Origin: an uncultured Mycoplasmatota bacterium
GTDB taxonomy: Bacteria; Bacillota_I; Bacilli_A; RF39; UBA660
Length of the DNA stretch: 64,000 nt
Reading direction: 5' to 3'
Assembly: GCA_946413985.1 (NCBI GenBank)
Contig: CAMKMS010000002.1
Coordinates: 42,094 to 106,093 of the forward strand
The notes under the pieces are model-generated. The model did no database searches. It was given only the letters and a program-made list of their open reading frames with translations, and was not told the DNA's origin. Made by a program: the position numbers and the translations under genes. Of this stretch, positions 10,681 through 19,593 are shown piece by piece; positions within the stretch are counted from its first letter, which is position 1; each line of letters starts with the position of its first letter.

Positions 10681-10694
10681 AGTCAACTTTTTTC
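10671..10694 (+). terminator. intrinsic terminator overlapping the stop codon
   Basis: The hairpin agttgact-aa-agtcaact is followed by T6. Confidence 0.55.
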
Positions 10695-10739
10695 TTTTAA
10701 AAACATATAAAATATGTTAGAATATATTAGGAGGATATT

Positions 10740-12452
10740 ATGAATAAAGTAACAGCAATAATAGCACTTGTATTTTTAGTTATTATGGGTTTATTATTTG
10801 TTTTAAGGCTTATTATAAAAAGAAAAAACAAAAATAATATTTCAGCTACTATAGATTATCTTACTACTGAAAAGAATATGATAATATCCGATAGTTTAAT
10901 AACTGAACTAGGAAAAGCTAGTAAATTAGTTAATAATAAGAAAATAGAAAAACAAGTAAGTGATTGGAAAAAGAGATTTGAAGATATTGAAAAAATAGAT
11001 ATGCCAAAATTAACTGATGAATTAATTGAGGCAGAAAATTTAAGTGTTAATAAAGATATTGATGGAGCTTATATAGCACTTCAAAAATGTGAAAAAGATA
11101 TTTTTTTAGTAGAAGCAAAAGCTACTTCTCTTTTGAATGAAATAAGAGATCTTACTGAAAGTGAAGAAAGAAATAGAGAAGCAGTTACAAAATTAAAGAG
11201 TATATATAGAGAAATTATTTTTAAATATAATAAAAATAAAAATGATTATCAAAATGTATCTAATAGAATAGAATTACAATTTGAAAATATAGATAAATTA
11301 TTTAGTGCTTTTGAAACATCAGTTCAGAATAAAGAATATGAAGAATTGTCTAAAATAGTTAAAGTTCTTGATGATATGATAAACAACATAAGCATTGTTA
11401 TAGATGAAGCACCAACTATAGTAATGATGGCAACTATGGTTCTTCCTAAAAAAATGAGTGATATAAAAAGTGTTAGTACTAAGATGACTAAAGATGGTTA
11501 TAATCTAGAATATTTAAATATTGATTATAATATTGAAGAAACAAATAAAAAAATAGAAGAAATAATGGATAGATTAAATGTTCTTAACTTACAAGATTCT
11601 ATTTTTGATTTAAAAACATTAATAGATTATTATGAAGGACTTTATAGTGATTTTGATGCTGAAAAAAGAGGAAAAAAGAATTTTGAAAGAGGAATTATAA
11701 ATGTAGATGAAAGATTAAGAAAAACAACATCTATAGTTAAGAATTTATATTTAGAAATAGGTAATATTAAAGATACTTATGATTTAAGTGATGATGAAGT
11801 AAAAATAGTTGATGAAATAAATAACGAATTAAATGAGGTAAAAGAATCTTTTAAAGCAATAAATGATAGAACTTTGATTAAAGTTATGCCATATTCACGT
11901 CTTTCAAATGAGTGTGAAATGGTCGCTGTAAATTTATCTAAAGTTGAAGATAAATTAGAGACAACACTTAAGAATTTAGGAAGTTTAAAAGAGGATGAGG
12001 CAAGAGCACGTGATCAATTATATGAAATCAAAAATATTATAAATAATTCTAAGTATAAAATTAAAGATTATGATTTACCATTAATTCCTAGTAAGTTTTA
12101 TATTGAATTAAAAGAAGCATATGATGCTGTTAAAGAAATAAATAAAGAAATTGATAAGAAACCAATATCAATTAAAACATTAAACTTAAGAGTTGATACT
12201 GCTCGTGATTTAGCACTTAAATTGTATCAAACGGCTTCAAGTACAACTAAAACTGCAGCTATGGCAGAAATGGCTATAGTTTATGGAAATAGATATAGAT
12301 CAAGTAATAAAGATGTAGAAAAAGGGCTAATTGAAGGAACAAAGGCTTTTGAAAATGGAGACTATACAAAATCTTTAGAACTTGTTTTAGGTGCAATTAA
12401 TATAGTTGAACCGGGAATTCAAAAAAAATTATTAAACATGATGGAAAGTTAG
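10740..12452 (+). CDS. ezrA: septation ring formation regulator EzrA
   Basis: The protein has an N-terminal TM segment and about 550 aa of coiled coil. Its position before ftsK and its length (570 aa) fit EzrA. Confidence 0.75.
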   Translation: MNKVTAIIALVFLVIMGLLFVLRLIIKRKNKNNISATIDYLTTEKNMIISDSLITELGKASKLVNNKKIEKQVSDWKKRFEDIEKIDMPKLTDELIEAENLSVNKDIDGAYIALQKCEKDIFLVEAKATSLLNEIRDLTESEERNREAVTKLKSIYREIIFKYNKNKNDYQNVSNRIELQFENIDKLFSAFETSVQNKEYEELSKIVKVLDDMINNISIVIDEAPTIVMMATMVLPKKMSDIKSVSTKMTKDGYNLEYLNIDYNIEETNKKIEEIMDRLNVLNLQDSIFDLKTLIDYYEGLYSDFDAEKRGKKNFERGIINVDERLRKTTSIVKNLYLEIGNIKDTYDLSDDEVKIVDEINNELNEVKESFKAINDRTLIKVMPYSRLSNECEMVAVNLSKVEDKLETTLKNLGSLKEDEARARDQLYEIKNIINNSKYKIKDYDLPLIPSKFYIELKEAYDAVKEINKEIDKKPISIKTLNLRVDTARDLALKLYQTASSTTKTAAMAEMAIVYGNRYRSSNKDVEKGLIEGTKAFENGDYTKSLELVLGAINIVEPGIQKKLLNMMES

Positions 12453-12462
12453 GTGGTTTTTT

Positions 12463-14727
12463 GTGGCAAAAAGAAAAAGACAAAAAAAAGAGAAAAAAGG
12501 ATTCGCATATGCAAATGAATTAATTGGATTATTACTTATATTATTATCAATAACTGGTCTTGGTTCATTTGGAGTAGTTGGAAATCTAATAAAGAAATTT
12601 GCAATTTTTATGTTTGGAACATGGTCAGTATTATTACTTGTATTAATATTGATTCTTGGAATTGCAATGATAGCTAAAAGAGGTAAAGTTAATTATTTTA
12701 CAGGTAGGCTTCTTGGAGTTTATGCTTTAGTTATTGCTCTTTTATTGTTTTCTCATCTAAATTATATTAGTGATAATGAACTTTCTGGAAAAGAAATAAT
12801 TACTACAACTATGAATAATGTTGAAGTTGCTTTTGATACTGGAAGTGATATAAATACTGGCGGTGGAATGGTGGGATCTGTCATTTCTTGGGCATTTGTA
12901 TCATTATTCTCTACTGAAGGAACAATGGTTGTTATAGTAGCTATAGTAATATTTGGATTAATAATGATATTTGATATTACACTTTCAGATATTGGACATG
13001 CTATTGCTGCTGTTTTCCAAAATAGAGGAAAAGATGATGATGAGGAAGATGAAAAACCAGTTAAACTAGTAAAAGAAAATAAAAATCTTGAGCAAAGGTT
13101 AATTGGTGATATGAATGAAGAAGATGATAAACAAATAGATAAGAGAGTAGTTATCACTTCTGTTGAAGATTTAGAACCTAAAAAAGAAGAAGTAAAAGAG
13201 ATTAAAAATGAAATAAAAGAAGAGAAAATTGATGAGATTAATGAAATATATATTAAGCCACCAATTGATTTATTAGATGCTTCTAAAAATAAAGGTTCTA
13301 AAGCTAATTCAACTGAAATAATAAATCAAAATACTAAAACGATTGAAAGAGTATTTAATGATTTTGGAATGCTTGCAAAAGTAGTAGAAGTTCATGTTGG
13401 ACCAGCTGTTACTCAATATGAAATGACACTTCAAAGAGGAACAAAAGTTAATAAAGTACTTAGTATTTCTCGTGAAATAGCTCTTGCTCTTGCTGCAAAA
13501 GAAGTAAGAATTGAAGCTCCGATTCCAGGAAAAAACACTGTTGGAATTGAAGTACCAAATCAAAATATTATTCCAGTATCTATGAGAGAAATAATGGATG
13601 CTATGTTTAAAAATCACAAATTAGATGATTCAAAATTAGCTGCCCCACTTGGTAGAGATATAATGGGTAATGTTAAATATGTTGAAATTAATAAAACTCC
13701 ACATATGTTAGTAGCTGGAGCTACTGGTAGTGGTAAATCTGTTTGTATTAATAATATAATATTATCAATTATTATGAGAACAACTCCTGATGAAGTAAAA
13801 ATGGTGCTTGTTGATCCTAAAAAAGTTGAATTTAATGTATATGATGGAATTCCACATTTGCTTACTCCAGTTGTAACTGATCCTAAAAAAGCATCTGCTG
13901 CATTACAAAAAATAGTTGTAATGATGGATGATAGATATGAAACATTTAAAAATAGTGGAACAAAGAATATATCAACATATAATGAGTATGTTGAAAAAGA
14001 ACTTAAAAAGAAACCAGATTGTGGTTTAAGAAAGATGCCATTTATTTTGGTTATCATAGATGAGCTCGCTGATTTAATGCTTGTTGCCGCTAAAGAAGTA
14101 GAAGAGTCAATTATGAGAATAACTCAATTAGCTCGTGCTGCTGGTATTCATTTAATAGTTGCAACTCAAAGACCATCAACAGATATTATTACTGGTGTTG
14201 TAAAATCAAATATACCAACTCGTGTATCATTTGCTGTTTCTTCTAGTATAGATTCTCGTACAATACTTGATATGACAGGAGCAGAAAAACTACTTGGTAA
14301 AGGTGATATGTTATATAAACCAATGGATGATAATGCTCCAACTCGTATTCAAGGTTCATTTGTATCAGATGATGAAATAGAAAGAGTAGTTGATTTCATT
14401 AAAGAAAGAAGTCATGGGCCTAGATATAGTGATGAATTTGAAAGAATTAGCTCATCTTCTATAAGTGATGATGAAACATCCAGTGGATCATCAGGAATAA
14501 GTGAAGAAGATAAGAAAGATGTATTATATGATGAAATATTAAATTATGCTATTCGTATGGGACAAATAAGTGCATCATTAATTCAAAGAAAATATTCTAT
14601 TGGATATAATAGAGCAGCACGTATTATGGATATATTTGAAGAACGTGGAATAGTTGGTCCTGCTAAAGGAAGTAAACCAAGAGATGTTCTTGTTAAATAT
14701 GGTGATGAAACAGAAGGAGAAGAATAA
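12463..14727 (+). CDS. ftsK: DNA translocase FtsK/SpoIIIE
   Basis: It has a GTG start after the RBS aggtgg, N-terminal TM segments, and the motif GATGSGKS. The C-terminal FtsK-gamma region is winged-helix-like. Confidence 0.9.
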   Translation: MAKRKRQKKEKKGFAYANELIGLLLILLSITGLGSFGVVGNLIKKFAIFMFGTWSVLLLVLILILGIAMIAKRGKVNYFTGRLLGVYALVIALLLFSHLNYISDNELSGKEIITTTMNNVEVAFDTGSDINTGGGMVGSVISWAFVSLFSTEGTMVVIVAIVIFGLIMIFDITLSDIGHAIAAVFQNRGKDDDEEDEKPVKLVKENKNLEQRLIGDMNEEDDKQIDKRVVITSVEDLEPKKEEVKEIKNEIKEEKIDEINEIYIKPPIDLLDASKNKGSKANSTEIINQNTKTIERVFNDFGMLAKVVEVHVGPAVTQYEMTLQRGTKVNKVLSISREIALALAAKEVRIEAPIPGKNTVGIEVPNQNIIPVSMREIMDAMFKNHKLDDSKLAAPLGRDIMGNVKYVEINKTPHMLVAGATGSGKSVCINNIILSIIMRTTPDEVKMVLVDPKKVEFNVYDGIPHLLTPVVTDPKKASAALQKIVVMMDDRYETFKNSGTKNISTYNEYVEKELKKKPDCGLRKMPFILVIIDELADLMLVAAKEVEESIMRITQLARAAGIHLIVATQRPSTDIITGVVKSNIPTRVSFAVSSSIDSRTILDMTGAEKLLGKGDMLYKPMDDNAPTRIQGSFVSDDEIERVVDFIKERSHGPRYSDEFERISSSSISDDETSSGSSGISEEDKKDVLYDEILNYAIRMGQISASLIQRKYSIGYNRAARIMDIFEERGIVGPAKGSKPRDVLVKYGDETEGEE

Positions 14728-14730
14728 TAT

Positions 14731-15444
14731 ATGTCTACAGTACATATTGGTGCAGAAAAAGGAGATATAGCACCAAGAGTTTTAATGCCAGGGGATCCAA
14801 ATAGAGCATATTATATTGCTCAAAAGTATTTACAAAATCCTCGCCTTGTTAATAAAGTAAGAGGAGAACTTGCTTACACTGGAACTTATAAAGGAGTAAG
14901 TGTAACAGTATTTGCAAGTGGAATGGGTATTCCAAGTATGGGAATATATAGTCATGAATTATTTAAAGATTTTGATGTTGAAAAAATAATTCGTATTGGA
15001 ACTGCTGGTTCATACTTGGAAGATTTAAAAGTTTATGATATACTACTTGCTGATTCTTCTTATTCAGAGTCTACTTTCGACAAACAATCTGGAAGAGAAG
15101 AAATGGATATTATAAATTCATCTACTGAGCTTAATGGCGATATTACTAATACTGCATTATTAAGTGGTATACCACTCAAAGTTGGAAGGGTTCATACAAG
15201 CGATGCATTTTATAATGAAGAAACTATAGGTGATTATAAAAAATATACTGATATGGGATGTATGGCAGTAGAAATGGAAACTTTTGCACTTTTATATAAT
15301 GCAAAAAAATTTATGAAAAAAGCAACTGCTTTAATTACAATTAGTGATAATTTGGTGACACATGAATTAATAGATTCAGAATCTAGAGAAAAGAAACTTG
15401 ATGAAATGATTGTTCTAGCATTAGAGTCAATTATAAAAAATTAA
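14731..15444 (+). CDS. deoD: purine nucleoside phosphorylase, DeoD-type
   Basis: The sequence is similar to the PNP-I family, including a GMGIPS motif. Confidence 0.85.
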   Translation: MSTVHIGAEKGDIAPRVLMPGDPNRAYYIAQKYLQNPRLVNKVRGELAYTGTYKGVSVTVFASGMGIPSMGIYSHELFKDFDVEKIIRIGTAGSYLEDLKVYDILLADSSYSESTFDKQSGREEMDIINSSTELNGDITNTALLSGIPLKVGRVHTSDAFYNEETIGDYKKYTDMGCMAVEMETFALLYNAKKFMKKATALITISDNLVTHELIDSESREKKLDEMIVLALESIIKN

Positions 15445-15460
15445 AGTTTGTAAATAATAA

Positions 15461-15490
15461 AAAAGAAGATTCATCTGTAATCTTCTTTTT
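15461..15490 (+). terminator. intrinsic terminator after deoD
   Basis: The stem gaagatt/aatcttc is followed by T5. Confidence 0.55.
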
Positions 15491-15510
15491 AAAACTATGG
15501 AGGAGTACAA

Positions 15511-16770
15511 GTGGAATATAAAAAAATAATAAAAAATAATATTACATATCATTTAATAAATACAGATAGATTTAAAACAATAACAATTGTATTATTTTTT
15601 ACAAAAGAATTTAATAAAAATGATATTGTTTTTGGTAATTTTTTAACAAATAATTTAGTTTATTCCTCAAAAAAATATAATACAAAAAATAAAATTGCAT
15701 CCTATGGAGAGGATTTATATGGAACTAAAATATCATCATCATTTTTAATAAATGGAAAGTGTGAAACTATTTCTTTTACACTTGAATATATTAATCCAAA
15801 ATATACAGAAAGTAAGTATCAATCATTATCACTTGATTTCTTAAAAGAGATAGTATTAAATCCTAATGTTAAAAATAATGAATTTAATCATGATTATTTT
15901 GAAATAATAAAGAAAGATGCAATTAGTAATGTTAAAAATATAAAAGATAATCCTAATTTATTTGCAAGTATAGAGTATTCCAAAATAATGTATAAAGGTA
16001 CTCCTAATGAATATAGTAGTATTCCTTCTTTAAAAGACATAGAAAAAGTTAATCCTAAAAATCTGTATGACTTTTATAAAGCATTATTTGATGGATCATT
16101 TAAAGTAGATATTTGTATTCTTGGAGATGTAAATAATGATATTGTTGATATTATAAATGATATGTTTTCTTCTATAAAATCAAATAATAAAAAATATGAT
16201 TTTATGATTAAAAGTAAATTTGAGAATAAAGTTACAGAAAAGATAGATAGTTTAGATTTTAATCAATCAAAATTATATATTGGTTACAAATTAGATAAAA
16301 TGAATTATCATGAGTTTAATCATGTATTAAGAGTTTATAATACTATTCTTGGAACAATGAATGATTCAATATTGTTTAATATTGTAAGAGAAGAAAATTC
16401 CCTTTGTTATTCTATTGGCTCTTATGTAACAAGATATAATCCATCACTTACTATTTATGCTGGTATTAATAAAAAGAATTATGATAAAACTATTGAACTT
16501 ATTAAATCATGTGTGAGTAGTATGAGTGATAAAAAAGTATTAGAAAGATTATTTTCTTCTGCTAAAAAGATGATTAATACGTATATTAATAACTATTATG
16601 ATGATAGTGTAGCTCAAATAAATCATTACTTTAATTTAGAATTTGATAGTATTGAAGATGTTGAAGTTACTAGAGAAAAAATAAATGAAGTAACAATAGA
16701 AGAAGTAATAGAACTAAATAAAAAAATACATTTAAATACTATTTATATGTTAAAGGGGGATAAAATGTAA
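15511..16770 (+). CDS. M16-family peptidase-like protein, non-catalytic subunit (no HxxEH)
   Basis: It uses a GTG start and shows pitrilysin-fold similarity without a zinc-binding motif. It is paired with the next gene. Confidence 0.65.
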   Translation: MEYKKIIKNNITYHLINTDRFKTITIVLFFTKEFNKNDIVFGNFLTNNLVYSSKKYNTKNKIASYGEDLYGTKISSSFLINGKCETISFTLEYINPKYTESKYQSLSLDFLKEIVLNPNVKNNEFNHDYFEIIKKDAISNVKNIKDNPNLFASIEYSKIMYKGTPNEYSSIPSLKDIEKVNPKNLYDFYKALFDGSFKVDICILGDVNNDIVDIINDMFSSIKSNNKKYDFMIKSKFENKVTEKIDSLDFNQSKLYIGYKLDKMNYHEFNHVLRVYNTILGTMNDSILFNIVREENSLCYSIGSYVTRYNPSLTIYAGINKKNYDKTIELIKSCVSSMSDKKVLERLFSSAKKMINTYINNYYDDSVAQINHYFNLEFDSIEDVEVTREKINEVTIEEVIELNKKIHLNTIYMLKGDKM

Positions 16771-18035
16771 TGAAAGAGTGTTCATTTGAAAAAGTAGATG
16801 AAAAAGTATATGTTGAAACCCTAAGTAATGGTATAGATGTATATTTATATCCAACTAATAAAACTAAGAATTTTTATATATCAATTTCTGTTAAATATGG
16901 AGCTAGAATTAATAAGTATAAAGTAGGTAATGAAATAGTTAATGTGATACCAGGAAGTGCTCATTTTTTAGAACATAAAGTTATGGCATTAAGTGAAAAC
17001 ATAAGTGTTTCAAAGAGAATAAATGAGTTAGGTAGTCTTGCTAATGCATGGACTAATTATTATGGAACAAATTATAATATTTTTGGCAGTATTAATTTAA
17101 TAGAAAATTTAAAATTATTATTAGACATTTTTTATAATACTGATATCAATGAAAAAAATGTGCTTGAAGAAAAAGGTATTATTGGTGAAGAAATAGATAT
17201 GTACAAAGATGATATAAATAGTTTTATGTACAATAGTTTATTTAACAATTTATTTAATTCTTCTTATGTAAAATCAAGCGTTGTTGGTGAAAGAAGTGAT
17301 ATAGAAAAAATAACTGCTAAAAGTTTAAATAAAATATATGATGACTATTATGTTCCAAATAATACGTTTATTATTGTTACTGGCAATTTTGATCCCGAAG
17401 AGGTAAGTAATATCATTCATGAATATATGGATAGATTAAAACTTAAGAAAAAAAATATACCAGCAAGAATAACAGATAAAGAAAATGAAAATGTGAATGT
17501 TGCATATGAAGAAATTAAAAAAGACTCTGAAAATATTAGAGTTAAGTATGCAATAAAAATGAAAAAAAATAGATTCAATTTTAAAAGTGATGTTTTTTTG
17601 AGATATTATATTAGTATCATTCTTTCATGTAATTTTTCTTCATCATCATCTTTATATGAAAAGTATAAAAATGAAGGTCTTATTATAAGCATGAGTAGTG
17701 GAGTTAATATTATTGATGATTATGTAGTAATAATAGTTAGTGCAACATGTAATGATGGAAATAAATTTATTGAAAGAATTAAAGAAGATATTAAAAAAAT
17801 ATCATTAAATAAAATAGAATTTGAAAGAAAGAAAAAACTTTTCTTAAAATCATATATTTTAGATTTTGATAATATAGAAGACATTGAATATAATATTTGT
17901 GAATCTATATTAATTGATGGTAAAGTAGATTTTAATGAATACTCTCAAATCAAGAATATGAATTATAAAACAGCACTTTCTATATTAAAGTCAATTAAAT
18001 ATGATAATACAAGCATAATTAGAACTATAAAATAG
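16770..18035 (+). CDS. M16-family zinc peptidase (inverted zincin HxxEH)
   Basis: The HFLEH motif is present. The start overlaps the upstream stop by 1 nt. Confidence 0.75.
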   Translation: MKECSFEKVDEKVYVETLSNGIDVYLYPTNKTKNFYISISVKYGARINKYKVGNEIVNVIPGSAHFLEHKVMALSENISVSKRINELGSLANAWTNYYGTNYNIFGSINLIENLKLLLDIFYNTDINEKNVLEEKGIIGEEIDMYKDDINSFMYNSLFNNLFNSSYVKSSVVGERSDIEKITAKSLNKIYDDYYVPNNTFIIVTGNFDPEEVSNIIHEYMDRLKLKKKNIPARITDKENENVNVAYEEIKKDSENIRVKYAIKMKKNRFNFKSDVFLRYYISIILSCNFSSSSSLYEKYKNEGLIISMSSGVNIIDDYVVIIVSATCNDGNKFIERIKEDIKKISLNKIEFERKKKLFLKSYILDFDNIEDIEYNICESILIDGKVDFNEYSQIKNMNYKTALSILKSIKYDNTSIIRTIK

Positions 18036-18046
18036 TTCTTTTTATT
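18021..18046 (+). terminator. putative terminator hairpin overlapping the stop codon
   Basis: The hairpin agaactat-aaa-atagttct is followed by a T-rich run. Confidence 0.45.
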
Positions 18047-18082
18047 TATAAAAAAAGTTGTATAATTAGAATAGGTGATAAT

Positions 18083-19222
18083 ATGAAGAGTAATAAAGGA
18101 TTTACATTAGTAGAACTACTTGCAGTAATAGCAATATTAGCAATATTAGTATTAATAGCTCTTCCAAATACAATTGAAATGTTTAAAGAAGCAAAAAAGA
18201 ATTCATTTTTAACAGAGTGTAAACAAATATATAAAACAGCTCAAAATCAATGGATGAGTGATTCAATGTTTGAAACAAATGATCAACTATATTCAAGATG
18301 TAATGATTGTACAGGAAAAAAATTGAAATTAAGTGGAAGAGAAGAAATAGACTATTATATTAAATTAAATAAGGCTGGAAAAATAACAGATTTTTATATT
18401 ACAGATAATACTTTTCAATATAAGTATAATGGAGCTAACCTTCTTATTACTGATATAACTGAAGCAGAAGAAATAGCTAGTGTTGGAAATGAAGATATAA
18501 TTAAAATAGAAAATAATAATGTATTTAAAGGCACAACTCTTTTAACAAAAGAGAAAAACAGAAAGTTTGATATTATATATCAAGCAACTCCTGGAACTTT
18601 AACACTTGGAGATGAAGTGGCAATTGATACTGAACATTTTATTGTTTTGGAATCTGATTCAAGTAAAACAACAGTAATTGCGAAGTATAATTTAAATGTT
18701 GGGAATTTTTTGGTTACAAGTGCTCAAGAAGGACTCCAAAGCTCTGGTGCTAATGGATATATAAACAATTTTAATAAATATGGTTGTGTTGCATTTTCTG
18801 GTTCAAAATATTGGGAAGGAAAAACTGGTAATAATAAAAAATATCCTGGTAAATTGGGTACTAGTCCATATGCATTTGTTTATGATAATGATTATAAAGA
18901 TGCATCTGGTAGCAATTATAGTGTTGCATATTATGTTAATCAATATATAGATTATTTAAGCGGTTTTGTTTCATTTAATATGGTTGGTAGAATTCCACAA
19001 ATTACTGATTTAGATAAAGGAAGAACTTTAAGATCATATGATAATGTACTAGTTTTTCAAAAACAATGTTTCTTAATGGGGTCTGCTTGGAGTTCTAGTT
19101 ATATTATTGCATATACCCCTTCTGACTATTTTGATAATAATAATACACCAACTGCTTATAATGATAATACAACAGGTGGAGTAAAAGTGGTATTGGAAGT
19201 AGCCACATCATCAATTTTATAA
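18083..19222 (+). CDS. prepilin-type N-terminal cleavage/methylation domain protein (class III signal peptide), a large 379-aa pilin or pseudopilin
   Basis: The N-terminus is MKSNKGFTLVELLAVIAILAILVLIALPNT. Confidence 0.8.
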   Translation: MKSNKGFTLVELLAVIAILAILVLIALPNTIEMFKEAKKNSFLTECKQIYKTAQNQWMSDSMFETNDQLYSRCNDCTGKKLKLSGREEIDYYIKLNKAGKITDFYITDNTFQYKYNGANLLITDITEAEEIASVGNEDIIKIENNNVFKGTTLLTKEKNRKFDIIYQATPGTLTLGDEVAIDTEHFIVLESDSSKTTVIAKYNLNVGNFLVTSAQEGLQSSGANGYINNFNKYGCVAFSGSKYWEGKTGNNKKYPGKLGTSPYAFVYDNDYKDASGSNYSVAYYVNQYIDYLSGFVSFNMVGRIPQITDLDKGRTLRSYDNVLVFQKQCFLMGSAWSSSYIIAYTPSDYFDNNNTPTAYNDNTTGGVKVVLEVATSSIL

Positions 19223-19225
19223 AAT

Positions 19226-19251
19226 AAAAAGGAACTTTAAGTTCCTTTTTT
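19226..19251 (+). terminator. intrinsic terminator after the prepilin gene
   Basis: The hairpin aaaggaact-tta-agttccttt is followed by T6. Confidence 0.55.
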
Positions 19252-19286
19252 GTTTATGATATTGTATAATTAAGTTGGTGAATTTT

Positions 19287-19583
19287 ATGGAAGATAATAT
19301 TGAATTTAAATCTTTGAAAGAATTATATGATAGAGTAAGACCTGCATTATATTCTAAGCAAAAAGAAACAAGAAGGTTAGGACTAAAGTACGTCACTGAA
19401 AAAGATATTTGGAATTATCTTGTTGAAAATGTTTGGAAAAGTAAGGAAAACTTAGAATTGCATGAACTTATTAATGATATTTTGTATGCTAATAATTATG
19501 ATTTAAATGAATATGCCATGAGAAAAGTAAAGGATTATAAAGAAAAAGAAGATTTAATAATGGATAAGGAAGATTTATTTTAG
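19287..19583 (+). CDS. comN: post-transcriptional regulator ComN/YrzD-like
   Basis: A small protein lies directly upstream of secDF, as in Bacillus. The likely start is the ATG at 19287. Confidence 0.6.
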   Translation: MEDNIEFKSLKELYDRVRPALYSKQKETRRLGLKYVTEKDIWNYLVENVWKSKENLELHELINDILYANNYDLNEYAMRKVKDYKEKEDLIMDKEDLF

Positions 19584-19593
19584 GGAGGTAAAC

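Noticed and set aside
12762-14057. Minus-strand ORFs inside ftsK
   Set aside because: They are shadow ORFs antisense to a highly conserved gene.
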